Origin: Candidatus Multivoradales bacterium
Lineage (GTDB): Bacteria > Acidobacteriota > Thermoanaerobaculia > Multivoradales > Multivoraceae
Length of the DNA: 64,000 nt
Direction: 5' to 3'
Assembly (NCBI GenBank): GCA_965223325.1
Contig: CBDCWI010000002.1
Coordinates: forward strand, 1,504,001 to 1,568,000
Every line of letters begins with the position of its first letter. Position 1 is the stretch's first letter. Under the pieces are notes generated by a model. It was not told the DNA's origin. It saw only the letters and a program-made list of their open reading frames with translations, and ran no database searches. This document shows, piece after piece, positions 9,075-18,838 of the stretch. Both the position numbers and the translations under genes were made by a program.

Positions 9075-12000
9075 ATGTCTTCGAATCCTTCGCCCCGCTC
9101 ACCAGCGGTTGGCTCCCGCACACACCCCGCCGCGGCGCGACGGGTCGCGCCGCCGGCCAGAGTCATCGTTCTGGCCAGCGCTCTTTTGCTCGCCACCGCG
9201 AGCGTTGCTCCCGCCACCGACACGGTTGACCCGGGCCTCTTCGAAGCCCTCGAGTGGCGCCTGGTGGGGCCCTTTCGCGGCGGTCGTGTGACCACGGTCA
9301 CCGGCGTGCGCGGCAAACCGCAGCTCTACTACATGGGCGCCACCGGCGGCGGTGTGTGGAAGACCACCAACGCAGGACTGACCTGGGAGAACATCTCCGA
9401 CGGCTACTTCAACGTCGGTACCATCGGCGCAATCGCAGTGGCGCCCTCTGACCACAACGTGATCTACGTCGGCACCGGCGAGAAGTCGATCCGTGGTGTC
9501 ACCACCAGCCAGGGCGACGGCATGTACAAGTCGACCGATGCCGGAAAGACTTGGGAACACATAGGCCTGCCCCAGGCCGGGCAGATCGCGCGCATCAAGA
9601 TCCACCCCCAGAATCCCGATCTCGCCTACGCCGCGGTCCAGGGACAGATCTGGGGCCCGAACGAACAGCGCGGCGTCTACAAGACCAGCGACGGCGGTGT
9701 GACCTGGGAGCGGGTTCTCTTCGTCGACGAGCAGACCGGCGCCACCGACCTGCGCATGGACCCGACCAACCCGCGCATTCTCTACGCCGCGATGTGGGAG
9801 CACGGCCGCCGACCCTGGTACATCCTCTCGGGTGGTCAAGCGGGCGGCATTTTCAAGTCGACCGACGGTGGCAACCGTTGGGTCAAGCTCGAAGGTGGGC
9901 TTCCCGAGACGATCGGCAAGGTCGGTGTTGACATCTCGGCCAGCAACCCCAATCGCCTCTACGCCATCGTCGAAGCGATGCCTGGGGAAGGCGGCCTCTA
10001 CCGCAGCGACGACGCCGGCGAAACCTGGCAGCTCAAGAATGCCACTCGCATTCTCTGGACGCGCTCCTGGTACTACATGCACATTGCCGCGGACCCGGTC
10101 GACGAAAACATCGTCTATGTCCTCAACGCCCCGTTCATGAAGTCGATCGACGGTGGGGTGACCTTCGAGAAGAAGAGCACCCCGCACGGTGATCACCACG
10201 ATCACTGGATCAACCCCGACGACAACCGCAACATGATCAACGCCAACGACGGCGGCGCCACGATCACCTTCGACGGTGGCGAGTCGTGGTCGAGCCTGAT
10301 GAACCAGCCGACGGCGCAGTTCTACCGCGTGCAGACCGACAACCAGTTTCCCTACCGCATCTACGGTGGCCAGCAGGACAATTCGACCGTGGCGATTCTC
10401 AACGAGACCTACCGCGGCGGGCCTTCGAACGCCGACTTCTACTCAGTTGGTGGTGGCGAAAGCGCCCACATGGCGTTCGATCCCGACGACCCCACACTGG
10501 TCTACGCCACCACCATCAACGGCACCCTCACCGAGTACAACGCCTCGAACCAGCGGGTGCGCGAAATCAAGCCCTACCCTGAATTCGTCTTCGGCATGGA
10601 GTCGAAGGACCTGCGCTACCGCACCAACTGGAACGCTCCGGTCACCGCGTCGGTCCAGAAGCCCAACGTCATCTACTACGGCACCGACAAGCTTCTCCGT
10701 ACCGCCGACCGCGGTGTGACCTTCGAGGAGATCAGCCCCGACCTCACCAAGAACGAGAAAGACAAGCAGGGGTTGAACGGTGGCCCGATCACCGCCGAGA
10801 ACGTCGGTGCCGAGTTCTACGGCACCATCCTCACCATCACCGCGTCGCCGCACGCCTACGGCACGATCTGGGTGGGAAGCGACGACGGTCTGGTGCACGT
10901 CACCCGGGACGATGGCGCCACGTGGAGTGACGTCACACCCGGGGACCTCGGCGGCGCCATGATCAACGCCATCGACGTCAGTCCGCACGAAGCGGGAACC
11001 GCCTATGTCACCGTCGCGGGCTACAAGATGAACGACCACAAGCCGTACATCTACAAGCTCACCGACTACGGCAAGAACGCCGTCCGTCTCGACAGTGATC
11101 TGCCGCAGCGCAACTTCATTCGCGTCGTGCGCGAAGATCCGGTACGCCAGGGTTTGCTTTTTGCCGGCGGTGAAGAAGACCTCTTCATCTCCTTCGACGA
11201 TGGTGAGCACTGGCAATCCTTCGAGCTCAACATGCCACCGGTGCCGATCACCGATCTCACCATTCGCCAGGACGACCTCGTCGCTGCGACGCAGGGGCGC
11301 GGGTTCTGGGTCTTCGACGACCTCTCGACGATCCGTCAACTCGAGCCCGAACTCGCCGAGAAGCCGCTCCATCTCTTCACGCCGCGCGAGGTCGAAATGA
11401 TCCGCGGCGGCCGCGGTGGCGGCGCCTTCCGCGGTGAGAACCCGCCGCGAGGCGTGGCGCTCGACTACTTCATCAGGGACGAGCACGAAGGCCCGCTCGA
11501 GATCGAGATCACCGATGGGAACGGCCAGCCGGTACGCCGTTTCTCGAGCGCAGAAGGCGACTTCGAGCGCTGCATTCTGAGCAACATGGACCAGCGGCTC
11601 CCGTTCACCGTCGACTACCCCACCAAGGAACCGGGGGCCCACCGCTGGACCTGGAACATGCGTCGCGAGGGTCTCCACTGCATCGAAGACATTCCACTCT
11701 TCGAGGGCTTCTCGGGCGCCTACGTGATGCCGGGTACCTACCGCATCGTCATGCGTATCGGCGACCACGAGGAGCGCACCATGGTGACGTTGGTACCCGA
11801 CCGGCGCACAGAAGCCAACATGGCGGACTTCGAAGAGGTCGAGGTCAAGGTTCGCGAGGCCACCGGTCTGATGAATGAGCTGCTCGACGGTCTGGCTGCC
11901 ATCCGTCGAACACGTGCACAGATCGAAAGCCTGCTCGCCGATCACCCCGACTCCGAACGCCTCCGGGAGTCGGGCGCTAGCGCGATCGACCGCCTCACCG

Positions 12001-12275
12001 AGTGGGAGGCCAAGGTCCTACAGGTCGAGTACGAAACCTACGAAGACGAAGACAGCCTGCCGCCGCGCCTGGTCAAGCATGTGCGTCACGTCCTCGATGT
12101 CATCGACGATGCCGGCCCTCCACTTGCCGCCGGTGCCAAGCAGCGCCTGAGCGATCTCGAGGCCGACTGGTCGGAGCTCGAAGAGGAGCTGCGCGCCATC
12201 GAGGCAAGCGATGTCACCGCGGTCAACGACTGGGCGCGGGAAGAAGCCGTGCCGCACGTGATGCCCCCGCGTTAG
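9075..12275 (+). CDS. Secreted BNR/VPS10 (sortilin-like) beta-propeller glycosyl hydrolase-like protein
   Basis: Signal-like N-terminus, WRLVGPFRGGR, many S/TxDxGxTW Asp-boxes, HGDHH, QPTAQFY, ATQGRGFW. Confidence 0.88.
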   Translation: MSSNPSPRSPAVGSRTHPAAARRVAPPARVIVLASALLLATASVAPATDTVDPGLFEALEWRLVGPFRGGRVTTVTGVRGKPQLYYMGATGGGVWKTTNAGLTWENISDGYFNVGTIGAIAVAPSDHNVIYVGTGEKSIRGVTTSQGDGMYKSTDAGKTWEHIGLPQAGQIARIKIHPQNPDLAYAAVQGQIWGPNEQRGVYKTSDGGVTWERVLFVDEQTGATDLRMDPTNPRILYAAMWEHGRRPWYILSGGQAGGIFKSTDGGNRWVKLEGGLPETIGKVGVDISASNPNRLYAIVEAMPGEGGLYRSDDAGETWQLKNATRILWTRSWYYMHIAADPVDENIVYVLNAPFMKSIDGGVTFEKKSTPHGDHHDHWINPDDNRNMINANDGGATITFDGGESWSSLMNQPTAQFYRVQTDNQFPYRIYGGQQDNSTVAILNETYRGGPSNADFYSVGGGESAHMAFDPDDPTLVYATTINGTLTEYNASNQRVREIKPYPEFVFGMESKDLRYRTNWNAPVTASVQKPNVIYYGTDKLLRTADRGVTFEEISPDLTKNEKDKQGLNGGPITAENVGAEFYGTILTITASPHAYGTIWVGSDDGLVHVTRDDGATWSDVTPGDLGGAMINAIDVSPHEAGTAYVTVAGYKMNDHKPYIYKLTDYGKNAVRLDSDLPQRNFIRVVREDPVRQGLLFAGGEEDLFISFDDGEHWQSFELNMPPVPITDLTIRQDDLVAATQGRGFWVFDDLSTIRQLEPELAEKPLHLFTPREVEMIRGGRGGGAFRGENPPRGVALDYFIRDEHEGPLEIEITDGNGQPVRRFSSAEGDFERCILSNMDQRLPFTVDYPTKEPGAHRWTWNMRREGLHCIEDIPLFEGFSGAYVMPGTYRIVMRIGDHEERTMVTLVPDRRTEANMADFEEVEVKVREATGLMNELLDGLAAIRRTRAQIESLLADHPDSERLRESGASAIDRLTEWEAKVLQVEYETYEDEDSLPPRLVKHVRHVLDVIDDAGPPLAAGAKQRLSDLEADWSELEEELRAIEASDVTAVNDWAREEAVPHVMPPR

Positions 12276-12301
12276 CGACTGGTAACGAGAGTCCTTTTCA
12301 T

Positions 12302-14023
12302 TCAGGCCAGGCGCTCGATCTCGAGCGGCGGCGTACCGGCCGTCTCACTCCGCCGGACCACGGCGCGGGCCGCGGTATGTTCGCTCGCGGTCTGTTCCTC
12401 GACATGATCGACGTAGAGCCACTCGGCCGATGCTCGGTCGCGGCTGAAACGAACGATCATGTAGCCGCGTTGGTGGGTGTCGACGTAGCGCAGATGAGGG
12501 TTCGTCGCCTGCAGCAGGGTGCCCACCTCGCTCGGCGGGGTCTCTGGGAAGGCGCGTTCGAGTCCCGGTGAGGTGACCGAAGAGCCACCGAACTCGACAC
12601 CGAACTGCCGGCCTTGGCGATCGAGCAGGTCGAAGGCCCAGCTGTTGTGGGTATCGCCGGCCAGCGCCACGACGTTATTGCCGAACGCCAGACAGTCTTG
12701 CGCCAGGCGCTCGCGGGCCGCTCCGTAACCGTCCCAGGCGTCGAGGTTGAGCGGTAACTGATGCTCGAACATGCCGCGCAGCCGCCTGGCTCTTGAGTCT
12801 TCGGGGTTCTCACTCTCTGTGCTGTTGGGTGTGCCGCTCTCGGTGCCACCGGTGAAGTCGGGGGTCTTAAGCCCACCGATCAGGAGCTGCTGCCCGAGCA
12901 CCTGCCACGGGACGTCGCGCGCCTGTGAGCGCGCCAGCTCAGCCTTGAGCCATGCCTCCTGTTCGGCGCCGAGCATCGTCCGTTGCGGCGCGTCGAGGCG
13001 GTCGCGCTTCCACCGCGACACGGTCGCTTCGTCGTAGGTCGAAGGCTCATCACCGTAGTCGAGCTGCTGGTCACGCCCGATCAGGCGGGTATCGAGCATC
13101 AAGATGCTGGCCAGGTCGCCCCACTCGAAAGCGCGGTAGATGCGGTCGGAGCGTGAACCCGGCCGGGTGCGACTCGGCATCCACTCACCCCAGGCGCGCA
13201 CCGCGGCGGCGCGGCGTTCGGCGAAGATGCCTTCGCTTTCCTCCTGGTGGTTCTCGGCGCCTGAATGCCAGGCGTTGTTGGTGATCTCATGATCATCCCA
13301 CACGGCAATCATCGGCAGGGCCGCGTGGATCGCCTGGAGATCGGGGTCGCTACGGTACTGGGCGTAGCGCGTTCGGTAGTCCTCGAGGGTGAAGATCTCG
13401 TGTGGCGGCTGGTGTTCCCGGCCCAGACGCTCGCCGGTGGGGCCGCCGTAACCGTCGGGGCCGTACTCGTAGATGTAGTCGCCGAGATGAATCGCCAGAT
13501 CGAGATCATCGCGAGCGGCGGCATTGCGGTACGAGTGGAAGTAGCCGAACGGGTGGTTGGAACAGGAGAACACGGCAATCGCCAGGCTGTCGGCGCGTCC
13601 GGTGGGCAGTGTGCGTGTGCGGCCGACCGGCGAGTCGCTGCTCTCGAAGCGGAAGCCGTAGTCGTACCAGGTATCGGGTTCCAGGCCACCGGCGTCGACC
13701 TTGACCGTCCAATCACGGTCGCGGTTGGTTTCGACGAAGCCGGAGGCCACCAGTTCTTGATCGCCGGGGCGCCCATCAGTTCCCGCACCCGCTGCCGCCA
13801 CCCACCATTCGACGCGCGCCACATCGGCGCCGCTGCGTTGTGGGATCGCGCGCGTCCACAGCATCACGCTTCGGGCCAGAGGGTCACCCGAGGCGATGCC
13901 GTTCGGGAAGCGCTCCAACCCCCGGCTGGGCTCGTCGGGCTGGGCGCGAGCCCGCGATCGCCAGCGAGGTAGCGCGCCAAGCGCCGCTCCGAAAGCGAGG
14001 ATAAGGCGGCGGGTGAGGGCCAT
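12302..14023 (-). CDS. phoD: Alkaline phosphatase D family protein (Tat-exported)
   Basis: Twin-arginine TRRL leader; GIASGDP, HLGDYIYEY, WDDHE, LDTR, DAWDGY, GDTHNSW. Confidence 0.92.
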   Translation of the reverse strand: MALTRRLILAFGAALGALPRWRSRARAQPDEPSRGLERFPNGIASGDPLARSVMLWTRAIPQRSGADVARVEWWVAAAGAGTDGRPGDQELVASGFVETNRDRDWTVKVDAGGLEPDTWYDYGFRFESSDSPVGRTRTLPTGRADSLAIAVFSCSNHPFGYFHSYRNAAARDDLDLAIHLGDYIYEYGPDGYGGPTGERLGREHQPPHEIFTLEDYRTRYAQYRSDPDLQAIHAALPMIAVWDDHEITNNAWHSGAENHQEESEGIFAERRAAAVRAWGEWMPSRTRPGSRSDRIYRAFEWGDLASILMLDTRLIGRDQQLDYGDEPSTYDEATVSRWKRDRLDAPQRTMLGAEQEAWLKAELARSQARDVPWQVLGQQLLIGGLKTPDFTGGTESGTPNSTESENPEDSRARRLRGMFEHQLPLNLDAWDGYGAARERLAQDCLAFGNNVVALAGDTHNSWAFDLLDRQGRQFGVEFGGSSVTSPGLERAFPETPPSEVGTLLQATNPHLRYVDTHQRGYMIVRFSRDRASAEWLYVDHVEEQTASEHTAARAVVRRSETAGTPPLEIERLA

Positions 14024-14115
14024 CGGCTGCTCCTTGGGAAGGATCTTGGCTAAGAGCCAAGCGTGTCGTCCTGGGGGACTGCCACCACTCTACAGGTCGT
14101 CCTGCGGCCTTTCTC

Positions 14116-14994
14116 TCACACCATCGATTCAGCCAACTCTTCCGCCTGACGGATGAGCTCCGGTGCGCGCAGCCGCTCGGCAAACTCGTCCAGATCATCC
14201 GAAGGGCCGCGCCACTCGAGATCGTCGACACTCGCACTCACCGGAGCGCTCCGATCGACGGTCGCAATCCGGCGAAACAGCATCGCCAGGTCACGCTCCT
14301 CAGCAAGCGTGCTGGCAAGCTTGGCAGCACTCCGAACCTTGAATGGCCACAGGTTTGGGTCCTCAGGAATGTTCTCGAGGTGTTCGTAGTGTGCGAGAAC
14401 CGTCGAGGACGATTTCGCCCCCCAGCCTCTGAGGCCGGGGAAGCCGTCGGCACTGTCGCCTACGAGAGCCAGGTAGTCCGGAATCGAGGCGGGGGCAACC
14501 CCGAACTTGTGCTTCACTCCCTCTTCGTCGGTGCGCACACCCTTGCGCCGGTCGTACTGGACGACGCGTTTGCCAACCACACACTGTGCGAGGTCTTTGT
14601 CAGGTGTGCAGATGACCACCTCCTCGACGCGCGAGTCAGCCGCCGCCATCGCGGCACCTGCCGCCATGCCGTCGTCGGCCTCGTGCTCCACCATCCGCCA
14701 CACCACGAGGCCCAGGGCTTCGAGAGCGTCTTCGAGGATTGGAAACTGCGAATGCAGTTCGGGCTCGAGGCCTTCGCCTGACTTGTAGCCCTCCCAGAGC
14801 TCGTTGCGAAACGACTCGATCACATGATCGGTGGCAATCGCTACGTGCGTCGCGCCGTCGCGCAGGAGCGACAACATCGAGTTGGCGACTCCGCGCGCCG
14901 CCGCGATCTGTTCGCCCGCCTCGTTGGTCTGCGAAGGAATGGCAAAGTAGTGGCGGAAGAGCTCATAGGTCCCGTCAACAAGATGAACACGCAT
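14116..14994 (-). CDS. Stand-alone 5'-3' exonuclease / flap endonuclease
   Basis: HLVDGTYELFR, EADD, DKDLAQ, helix-3-turn-helix DYLALVGDSADGFPGLRGWGAKS; no polymerase domain. Confidence 0.9.
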   Translation of the reverse strand: MRVHLVDGTYELFRHYFAIPSQTNEAGEQIAAARGVANSMLSLLRDGATHVAIATDHVIESFRNELWEGYKSGEGLEPELHSQFPILEDALEALGLVVWRMVEHEADDGMAAGAAMAAADSRVEEVVICTPDKDLAQCVVGKRVVQYDRRKGVRTDEEGVKHKFGVAPASIPDYLALVGDSADGFPGLRGWGAKSSSTVLAHYEHLENIPEDPNLWPFKVRSAAKLASTLAEERDLAMLFRRIATVDRSAPVSASVDDLEWRGPSDDLDEFAERLRAPELIRQAEELAESMV

Positions 14995-15155
14995 CATCGC
15001 AGTGTAGCCGGAGGTCTGGCATGCGGTACCGCCCGTCGTGACCGAAGACAGGACCGGCTGCAATCTCTCTGCCTGTCCACCGTATCTCGAGGAGACGGGT
15101 GGCGCCGAAACACCGCAGCTCGCCCTCTCAAGGCCTCCGCCCAAAGAATCAGACC

Positions 15156-18100
15156 GTGAACCTCAACCGCCTCAGAACCACCGCCAGCCTCGAAGTGCGC
15201 CGCACGATGAGCCGACCGATGTTCTGGTTCTTCCTGTTGCTGCTCGGCCTGTTGACCTGGAGCTTCGCCACCGGCAGCTCCTCGATCCGCACCGGGAACC
15301 CCTCTGCTGACACCGGAAGCGCCTGGTTGAACTCCGAGTTCTCGCTCTCCTTGAACCTGAGCTTCGTCGCCATCGTTCTCTACATCTTCTTCACCGCCAT
15401 TGCCGCCGGCACGACACTCATTCGCGACGACGAACTGGGGGTCGGAGAGGTTCTCTTTTCCACCGGCCTCCAGGCGCGAGAATATGTCTGGGGGAAGTTT
15501 CTCGGGCTTACCACCGCGTTTCTTGTTGCAGCGCTCTGCCACCTCGCCTTCATGCTCTTGTTTTTCGAGGTACTACCGAGCGCAGCCGCCGGAGATCTGA
15601 CACGCGGACCTTTCCTCTGGGCGGCCTACTTGCGACCCACCGCCTTGTTCATTCTGCCGCCGGTCGTCTTCTTCCTTGGTGGAGCCTTCGCCATTGGAGC
15701 CCGCTGGCGGCAACCGATCGCGGTCTTCTTCCTTCCCGTTGCGAGCTTCCTCGCCTGTCTCTTCTTCTTCTGGCGCTTCAGACCGGACGGACTCTCTCCG
15801 GGGCTCGACCGATGGTTGGTGCTTCTAGACCCCACGGGTTATCGCTGGCTGTTCTCGACCTGGCTCGACATCGACCGCGGAGTCGATTTCTACAACCAGG
15901 TGGCACCGCAGGTCGACGGGCTGCTGCTTTCCAACCGTGCCGGGCTCATCGTCGCTGGAATCGCCCTGGTAGGAGCGAGCGTCAAGCACGGGCGACCGGC
16001 GCTCGGTAGCACCCGCTCCAGAGAGCGGAGCGGAGCGCACGGCCACCAGCATGACTTGGTAACGGTTGAAACGGCTGGCGCGCGTCTCGCGTCGCGGGAG
16101 CGACTCGACTTCGGATCGCGCAGCCGCCCTGATTGGCGGAGCGCCTTCGCCCAACTGCTGGTGGTCGAAGTCAAGGTGCTACGCCGACAACCTGCGTTGT
16201 TTCTCTTCGCGCCTCTGATCGTTCTCCAGGTGATCGCCGCAGCCCGCTTCGAGATCGGCACCTTCAACTCGGAGATCATTCAGACCTCGGGCCTCCTCGC
16301 CGTGCGCTCGATGGATGTCCTGACGACCCTCCTGTGCTTGCTCTTGACGTTTACCCTCGTTGAAGCCTTCGAGCGCGAACGCACGACGCGATTCGAGGGA
16401 CTTCTCTTCTCGACTCCGGCACCCACCTCAGCGATTCTGATCAGCAAACTGTGCGCCAGCCTGCTCCTTGTGACTCTCCTTCTCTCGACTGCGCTCATCG
16501 CCAGCCTCGCTGTGCTCGCTGTGGACAACACAGCGCCGATCGAGCTCTACCCCTTCATCCTCCTGTGGGGGTGCCTGCTCCTGCCCACGTTCATCTTCTG
16601 GGGAGCCTTCGTCACGCTGGCGATGGCGCTGGTTGGCGAGCGTTACAAAGCGTATGCACTCTGCCTCGGAGCGCTGGCCGCATTCGCCTGGCTGCTCGCT
16701 CGCGGCGACCTCACCTGGGCGACAGACTGGACGCTATGGAGCGTCCTCAACTGGAGTGACCTCGGTGCGCTCGAGCTCGACCGCACGCAGCTGATCCTCA
16801 ACCGGCTGGGGGTCACAGCAGCAGCGCTCGCGCTCCTGGTCGTCGCCCGCCACCTGTTCAGTCGCCGCACCAGAGATCCCGCCCGCCTCGTCGACCGGCT
16901 GCGGCCGGTCCCCATGCTGCACAGCGCCCTCCGCCTGGTGCCTGTCGTGCTTCTGCCGCTCGGCATCGCGATCGTTCTCGCGCTCCAGGTCGAGGCTGGC
17001 GAACAGGGAACACAGGCACTCGCGCACCAGAAGGACTACTGGCGCCAGAACCAGGCGACCTGGAAGGGGCAGCAGTTGCCCACCCTCGAGCGGGTGGAGC
17101 TCGACGTCCGCATCGAGCCCAACGAGCGCCGCTTTGCAGTCGACGGCAACTACCTCATGCGCAACCACCTCGAGGAGCCCTTTCGACGCATCGCTCTCAC
17201 CGCCGGCCCGCAATGGCAGGAGGTGAGCTGGACCCTCAACGACACCACGGTCGTCCCCGAGGATCGCTCAGGACTGGTCGTCTTTCGGCCGCCGAAGGTT
17301 CTCGATCCCGGTGAGCGCATCACGATCGGCTTCAGGTACCACGGCACGCTGCCCTCTGGAGCGAGTCGGCGCGGCGGCGGCAGGCGCACTTTCATCTTGC
17401 CCTCGGGCGTCGTACTGCACAGCTACTCGCCGGAGTTCATTCCCTTCGTCGGGTTCTACGAGGGCTACGGGATCGACGAAGACACCGCAGTCGAACCCCG
17501 CACCTTTCGGCCTGGCTTTCACCACCGCGTGCTGCCCCCTGTCCTGGGCAGTCCCGAACCGTTTGACGCCCAGCTTCGCATTGATGTTCCGGCTCGCTAC
17601 ACGGCCAACTCGGTGGGTCGGTTGACAAGCTCAGTCGAACAGGGTGGCCGCCGGGTCTTCGAATGGCGAACCGACCACCCAGTGCGCGCCGTCAACGTCG
17701 TCGCGGGTCAGTGGGAGATGCGCAGGAAGGGTAGAACGAGCGTCTTCTTCCACCCCGCTCACCACTACAACGTCGACGAGATCGCCGACGCGTCCGAAGC
17801 CGCACTCACGCACTTCTCCGACTGGTTCCACCCCTACCCCTGGCAGGAACTCAAGATCAGTGAGTTTCCCGACCTCGCCCGCTACGCCCAGGCCTTCCCT
17901 ACCAACATCACCTTCTCGGAAGGGGTCGGCTTCTTGACCGCCAGCGAACCGCGGCGTGCCAAACCGTGGGCTGCGGTCGCCAGGCATCAGGCGTTCATGA
18001 TCACCGCTCATGAGGCTGCCCATCAATGGTGGGGCCACCTGGTGACCCCCGGAAAGGGTCCGGGAAGCATGGTGCTCAGCGAGGGAATGGCGCAGTACTC

Positions 18101-18785
18101 GGCGCTTCTCCTGCAGCACCAGGTTTTCGGCCTGAAACAGCGGATCGAGTTCTCCACCGCGCTCGAACGGCGGTACCTGGCCAACCGCCGGATCGACGTC
18201 GAGCTTCCGCTGGTCGAAATCGCGGGAACACGGAGTGGAGACACCACTGTCATGTACGAAAAGGGGGGTTGGGCGATGTGGATGCTGCATAACCTCCTGG
18301 GCGAAGAGGCCACCAGGGGAGGCCTGCAGGCGTTCTTCGAGGCCTACATCGGCAACCCCGACCACCCCGCCCTCGAAGACCTGCTCGCGACCCTCTCCCC
18401 CTTCGCTCCAGACAGCCAGGAGTTCGAACGGTTCACCGACGAGTGGTACCGAGAGGTCGTGCTGCCCGAGTTCCGGTTCAGCGATACGAGGGTCAACAGA
18501 GTCGGCGATGCGTACCTGGTCGAGACCACCATCCAGAACACCGGCAGCGGTTCGGCTCGCGTGTTCGTGGCAGCGCAAGCCGGCGAGCGCTTCCCTCTCG
18601 TCGTTGGTCTCTTCGGCAGCGACTACCGCGAGGCCAAACAACAGGTCCTCTTAGGGCCCGGCAGAAGCGAGACGATCCGCCTCTGGTGCGACTTCGAACC
18701 CCAGATCCTGGTCGCCGACCCCGACGCTCTGGTCCTGCAGGCCGAGCGTCACGCGGCACGGGTCGACCTCACGCGCGAAGGATAG
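15156..18785 (+). CDS. ABC-2 permease / M1 aminopeptidase fusion protein
   Basis: Two multi-TM permease halves, then a gluzincin domain (YAQAFP, HEAAHQWWG...LSEG, YEKG); start GTG 15156 uncertain. Confidence 0.85.
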   Translation: MNLNRLRTTASLEVRRTMSRPMFWFFLLLLGLLTWSFATGSSSIRTGNPSADTGSAWLNSEFSLSLNLSFVAIVLYIFFTAIAAGTTLIRDDELGVGEVLFSTGLQAREYVWGKFLGLTTAFLVAALCHLAFMLLFFEVLPSAAAGDLTRGPFLWAAYLRPTALFILPPVVFFLGGAFAIGARWRQPIAVFFLPVASFLACLFFFWRFRPDGLSPGLDRWLVLLDPTGYRWLFSTWLDIDRGVDFYNQVAPQVDGLLLSNRAGLIVAGIALVGASVKHGRPALGSTRSRERSGAHGHQHDLVTVETAGARLASRERLDFGSRSRPDWRSAFAQLLVVEVKVLRRQPALFLFAPLIVLQVIAAARFEIGTFNSEIIQTSGLLAVRSMDVLTTLLCLLLTFTLVEAFERERTTRFEGLLFSTPAPTSAILISKLCASLLLVTLLLSTALIASLAVLAVDNTAPIELYPFILLWGCLLLPTFIFWGAFVTLAMALVGERYKAYALCLGALAAFAWLLARGDLTWATDWTLWSVLNWSDLGALELDRTQLILNRLGVTAAALALLVVARHLFSRRTRDPARLVDRLRPVPMLHSALRLVPVVLLPLGIAIVLALQVEAGEQGTQALAHQKDYWRQNQATWKGQQLPTLERVELDVRIEPNERRFAVDGNYLMRNHLEEPFRRIALTAGPQWQEVSWTLNDTTVVPEDRSGLVVFRPPKVLDPGERITIGFRYHGTLPSGASRRGGGRRTFILPSGVVLHSYSPEFIPFVGFYEGYGIDEDTAVEPRTFRPGFHHRVLPPVLGSPEPFDAQLRIDVPARYTANSVGRLTSSVEQGGRRVFEWRTDHPVRAVNVVAGQWEMRRKGRTSVFFHPAHHYNVDEIADASEAALTHFSDWFHPYPWQELKISEFPDLARYAQAFPTNITFSEGVGFLTASEPRRAKPWAAVARHQAFMITAHEAAHQWWGHLVTPGKGPGSMVLSEGMAQYSALLLQHQVFGLKQRIEFSTALERRYLANRRIDVELPLVEIAGTRSGDTTVMYEKGGWAMWMLHNLLGEEATRGGLQAFFEAYIGNPDHPALEDLLATLSPFAPDSQEFERFTDEWYREVVLPEFRFSDTRVNRVGDAYLVETTIQNTGSGSARVFVAAQAGERFPLVVGLFGSDYREAKQQVLLGPGRSETIRLWCDFEPQILVADPDALVLQAERHAARVDLTREG

Positions 18786-18838
18786 CGCCAGTTCCCCTAC
18801 CTGCCCACGCCTCCCTGAGAGAGCCGTCCGAGTGCGGC

